Shown here: positions 31,693 through 33,301 of the stretch, piece after piece
Layout of the letters: each line of letters starts with the position of its first letter
How positions within the stretch are numbered: position 1 is the first letter of the stretch
Virus record (IMG/VR): IMGVR_UViG_3300021476_000002
Span: 80,578-113,878 of that record
Reading direction: 5' to 3' (one strand)
From: a virus
Length of the DNA stretch: 33,301 nt
The notes under the pieces: generated by a model
What the model was told of the DNA's origin: nothing
The model's input: only the letters and a program-made list of their open reading frames with translations
Database searches by the model: none
Made by a program: the position numbers and the translations under genes

Positions 31693-33301
31693 ATGCCAGA
31701 GCCGCGCAAACTTCACGAAGCCGTATCTATTGAGGCACCGACGCCCAAGGCAGACGATGCCCCGCAGGGTCAAAAGGGTGTTTACAAGGTAATTCTGCTT
31801 CGAGAAGGTCCGGGTAATCCGAGAGACAAGCACTTCTACACAGCCGAGGCGATCAACAAGGGCGCGACGGTGTTCAATGGTTTGCCGTGCTATATAGACC
31901 ACCCGGACACGATTGAAGAGGAAGCGCGGCCAGAGCGTAGCGTCCGCGATATGTGTGGATGGTACGAGAATTCACATCCCGAGGAAGAGCAGGATACAGG
32001 CAAGTCGCTTTTGTGCGCTGATCTCATTACGATTCCGGGCCGGTCGTTTGATTGGGTGCGGAGCCTGTTGGATGGTGCGATTCTCAAGAAGGCACGAGAC
32101 CCGCAGGGCGGTGATCTTGTTGGACTTTCTATCAACGCAACGGGAATCACAACGCCCACGGATGTAGGCGGTGAGGAATGGCACGCGGTATCGCAGTTCG
32201 TTGAAGCCAAGTCGTGCGATCTTGTTACGCAGGCGGGCGCGGGTGGACGAATTGTTGAATTGAAAGAATCTATGAAGCGTGCTTTGCAAGAGGGACGTAT
32301 GACTGCTGTGCAAGTTAAAGATGTGATTGATGCGCTGAAGAAAATGAACGACACCAAACTCTCATCGCAGATTTCTGAGTTGGAGAAAATCTACGCTGAC
32401 TCTACTCATGAAGATATCAAATCTGACGATGATAAGGGTAATAATAACAAGGATAGCAATACTGATTCGCAAGCAGTAGGAGGAACGTCCATGGCGGAAA
32501 AGCAGGCCACGCAAGCGGCTGAAGCAGAGGACGGAAAGATGGCTGAGGTTGAGGCCCGCATGGGTGAATTCGAGAAGCGTATGGCCGCTGCGGAAGCGTA
32601 TATGTCCGCACAGAACGAGCGTGAAACTGAGGCTGAAGACGAGCAAGAGGATGAGGGTCGGGACAGCACCGCTGTTCGCGGACCACAGGGCGGCGAGGAC
32701 GAGGAAGAGGCAGAAGGTGAGTCCGAGGATGAGGATGAAGCCTTCGCTAAGTACATGGCTGCTGAGGATGAGGAAGAGGAAGAGGCTGAGGAAGAGAAAG
32801 AGACTGAGGATGCAGACGCTAACGGCGCTGATGGTGATGTAGCGGACGCGGTTTCTGCTCTTCAGGGTTTGGACAACCTACCGGACGATGTTCAGTCCAA
32901 GGTTGATTCTCTGGTAGACGAATTGCAGGGTCTTGGCGACGGCGACGACAAGGACGGCGAGGACGAAGAGGAAGTCGCTCAGGCTGAGGCTGAAGATGAA
33001 GATGAAGCCAAACACGCCGAAGTTGAGGGCGAAGGTGAGGACGAGGAGGAAGCCATGGCAGAGGATGCGGTTGGCGGGGACGTGAAGGTTGGCGATAAGG
33101 GCGACTACACCAAGAACTACCCGTCCACTATGTACGCCAAGAAGCAGGCCATGAGGAAGCGGCAGAAGCAGGCAAAGCAGTCTGAGGCTGCCAAGCCTGT
33201 GAGAATCGTTCCGAAGGGCGTGCAGGCTGCGGTTGCAGAGCGGATTTTCCGGGAGACCATCCACGGGAAGAGAATGACGACCCGTGAGAAGATGTTGGCT
33301 G
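31693..33301 (+). CDS. Prohead (capsid maturation) protease fused to acidic scaffold domain; 3'-truncated
   Basis: Hand translation from ATG 31693, open to the window end. KVILLREGPGN..FYTAEAI..CYIDHP..VGLSINATG..SCDLVTQAGAGG gives the His/Ser/Asp order of prohead serine proteases, followed by a long Glu/Asp-rich region. Confidence 0.85.
   Translation, partial: MPEPRKLHEAVSIEAPTPKADDAPQGQKGVYKVILLREGPGNPRDKHFYTAEAINKGATVFNGLPCYIDHPDTIEEEARPERSVRDMCGWYENSHPEEEQDTGKSLLCADLITIPGRSFDWVRSLLDGAILKKARDPQGGDLVGLSINATGITTPTDVGGEEWHAVSQFVEAKSCDLVTQAGAGGRIVELKESMKRALQEGRMTAVQVKDVIDALKKMNDTKLSSQISELEKIYADSTHEDIKSDDDKGNNNKDSNTDSQAVGGTSMAEKQATQAAEAEDGKMAEVEARMGEFEKRMAAAEAYMSAQNERETEAEDEQEDEGRDSTAVRGPQGGEDEEEAEGESEDEDEAFAKYMAAEDEEEEEAEEEKETEDADANGADGDVADAVSALQGLDNLPDDVQSKVDSLVDELQGLGDGDDKDGEDEEEVAQAEAEDEDEAKHAEVEGEGEDEEEAMAEDAVGGDVKVGDKGDYTKNYPSTMYAKKQAMRKRQKQAKQSEAAKPVRIVPKGVQAAVAERIFRETIHGKRMTTREKMLA
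32491..33301 (+). CDS. Scaffold protein from in-frame internal start; 3'-truncated
   Basis: AGGAGG (32478-32483) 7 nt before in-frame ATG 32491 (MAEKQATQ..), just after a polar linker. Confidence 0.6.
   Translation, partial: MAEKQATQAAEAEDGKMAEVEARMGEFEKRMAAAEAYMSAQNERETEAEDEQEDEGRDSTAVRGPQGGEDEEEAEGESEDEDEAFAKYMAAEDEEEEEAEEEKETEDADANGADGDVADAVSALQGLDNLPDDVQSKVDSLVDELQGLGDGDDKDGEDEEEVAQAEAEDEDEAKHAEVEGEGEDEEEAMAEDAVGGDVKVGDKGDYTKNYPSTMYAKKQAMRKRQKQAKQSEAAKPVRIVPKGVQAAVAERIFRETIHGKRMTTREKMLA

Noticed and set aside
31583-31792. 69-aa ORF (also 31913-32167 and 32549-32842)
   Set aside because: It overlaps the promoter and terminator, and the others are out-of-frame shadows of the protease-scaffold gene.
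231-33264. All minus-strand ORFs in the track
   Set aside because: They are shadows of well-supported + strand genes, with no recognisable motifs or operon logic.
1-33301. Alternative genetic code or stop-codon reassignment to explain the many short ORFs
   Set aside because: TAA, TAG and TGA all end genes that are followed by a fresh RBS and start, and the long genes are intact in code 11.

Overview
A 33.3-kb segment of a tailed dsDNA phage (or prophage) genome. All credible genes are on the + strand, are tightly packed and use the standard bacterial code. The head module is split in two. Portal (6818-8992) and a MuF/gp7-like minor head domain (to 9657) lie about 22 kb upstream of a prohead protease-scaffold gene (31693 to beyond the window end; absent from the ORF track because it has no stop in the window). 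Between them is a ~15-kb run of tiny accessory genes: zinc-binding and membrane microproteins, dCMP deaminase, ThyX, two nucleoside 2-deoxyribosyltransferase-like proteins, an Rmf/CrpP-fold protein, a holin-like protein and GroES. The most striking signal is a family of seven modular proteins (1-4805 and 24919-31571). Their cargo domains (Zeta-toxin-like kinase, three ADP-ribosyltransferase-like domains, GNAT, DUF6582-like, HicA-like and unknown repeats) are separated by a shared set of short motifs: (M/L/I/V)-R-E, E-D-W-x-x-(F/W)-D-x-x-R, H-W-V-T-x-x-G and (I/L)-A-x-R-(I/L/V). The R-E and A-x-R motifs also occur in the portal and the protease-scaffold. I infer a head-packaged, prohead-protease-processed effector system. 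Also seen: a candidate -1 frameshift fusing portal to MuF, small genes overprinted on toxin-domain ends, an internal scaffold start, and a promoter-pause-terminator leader before the protease gene. Family calls come from motif recognition only; no database searches were run.
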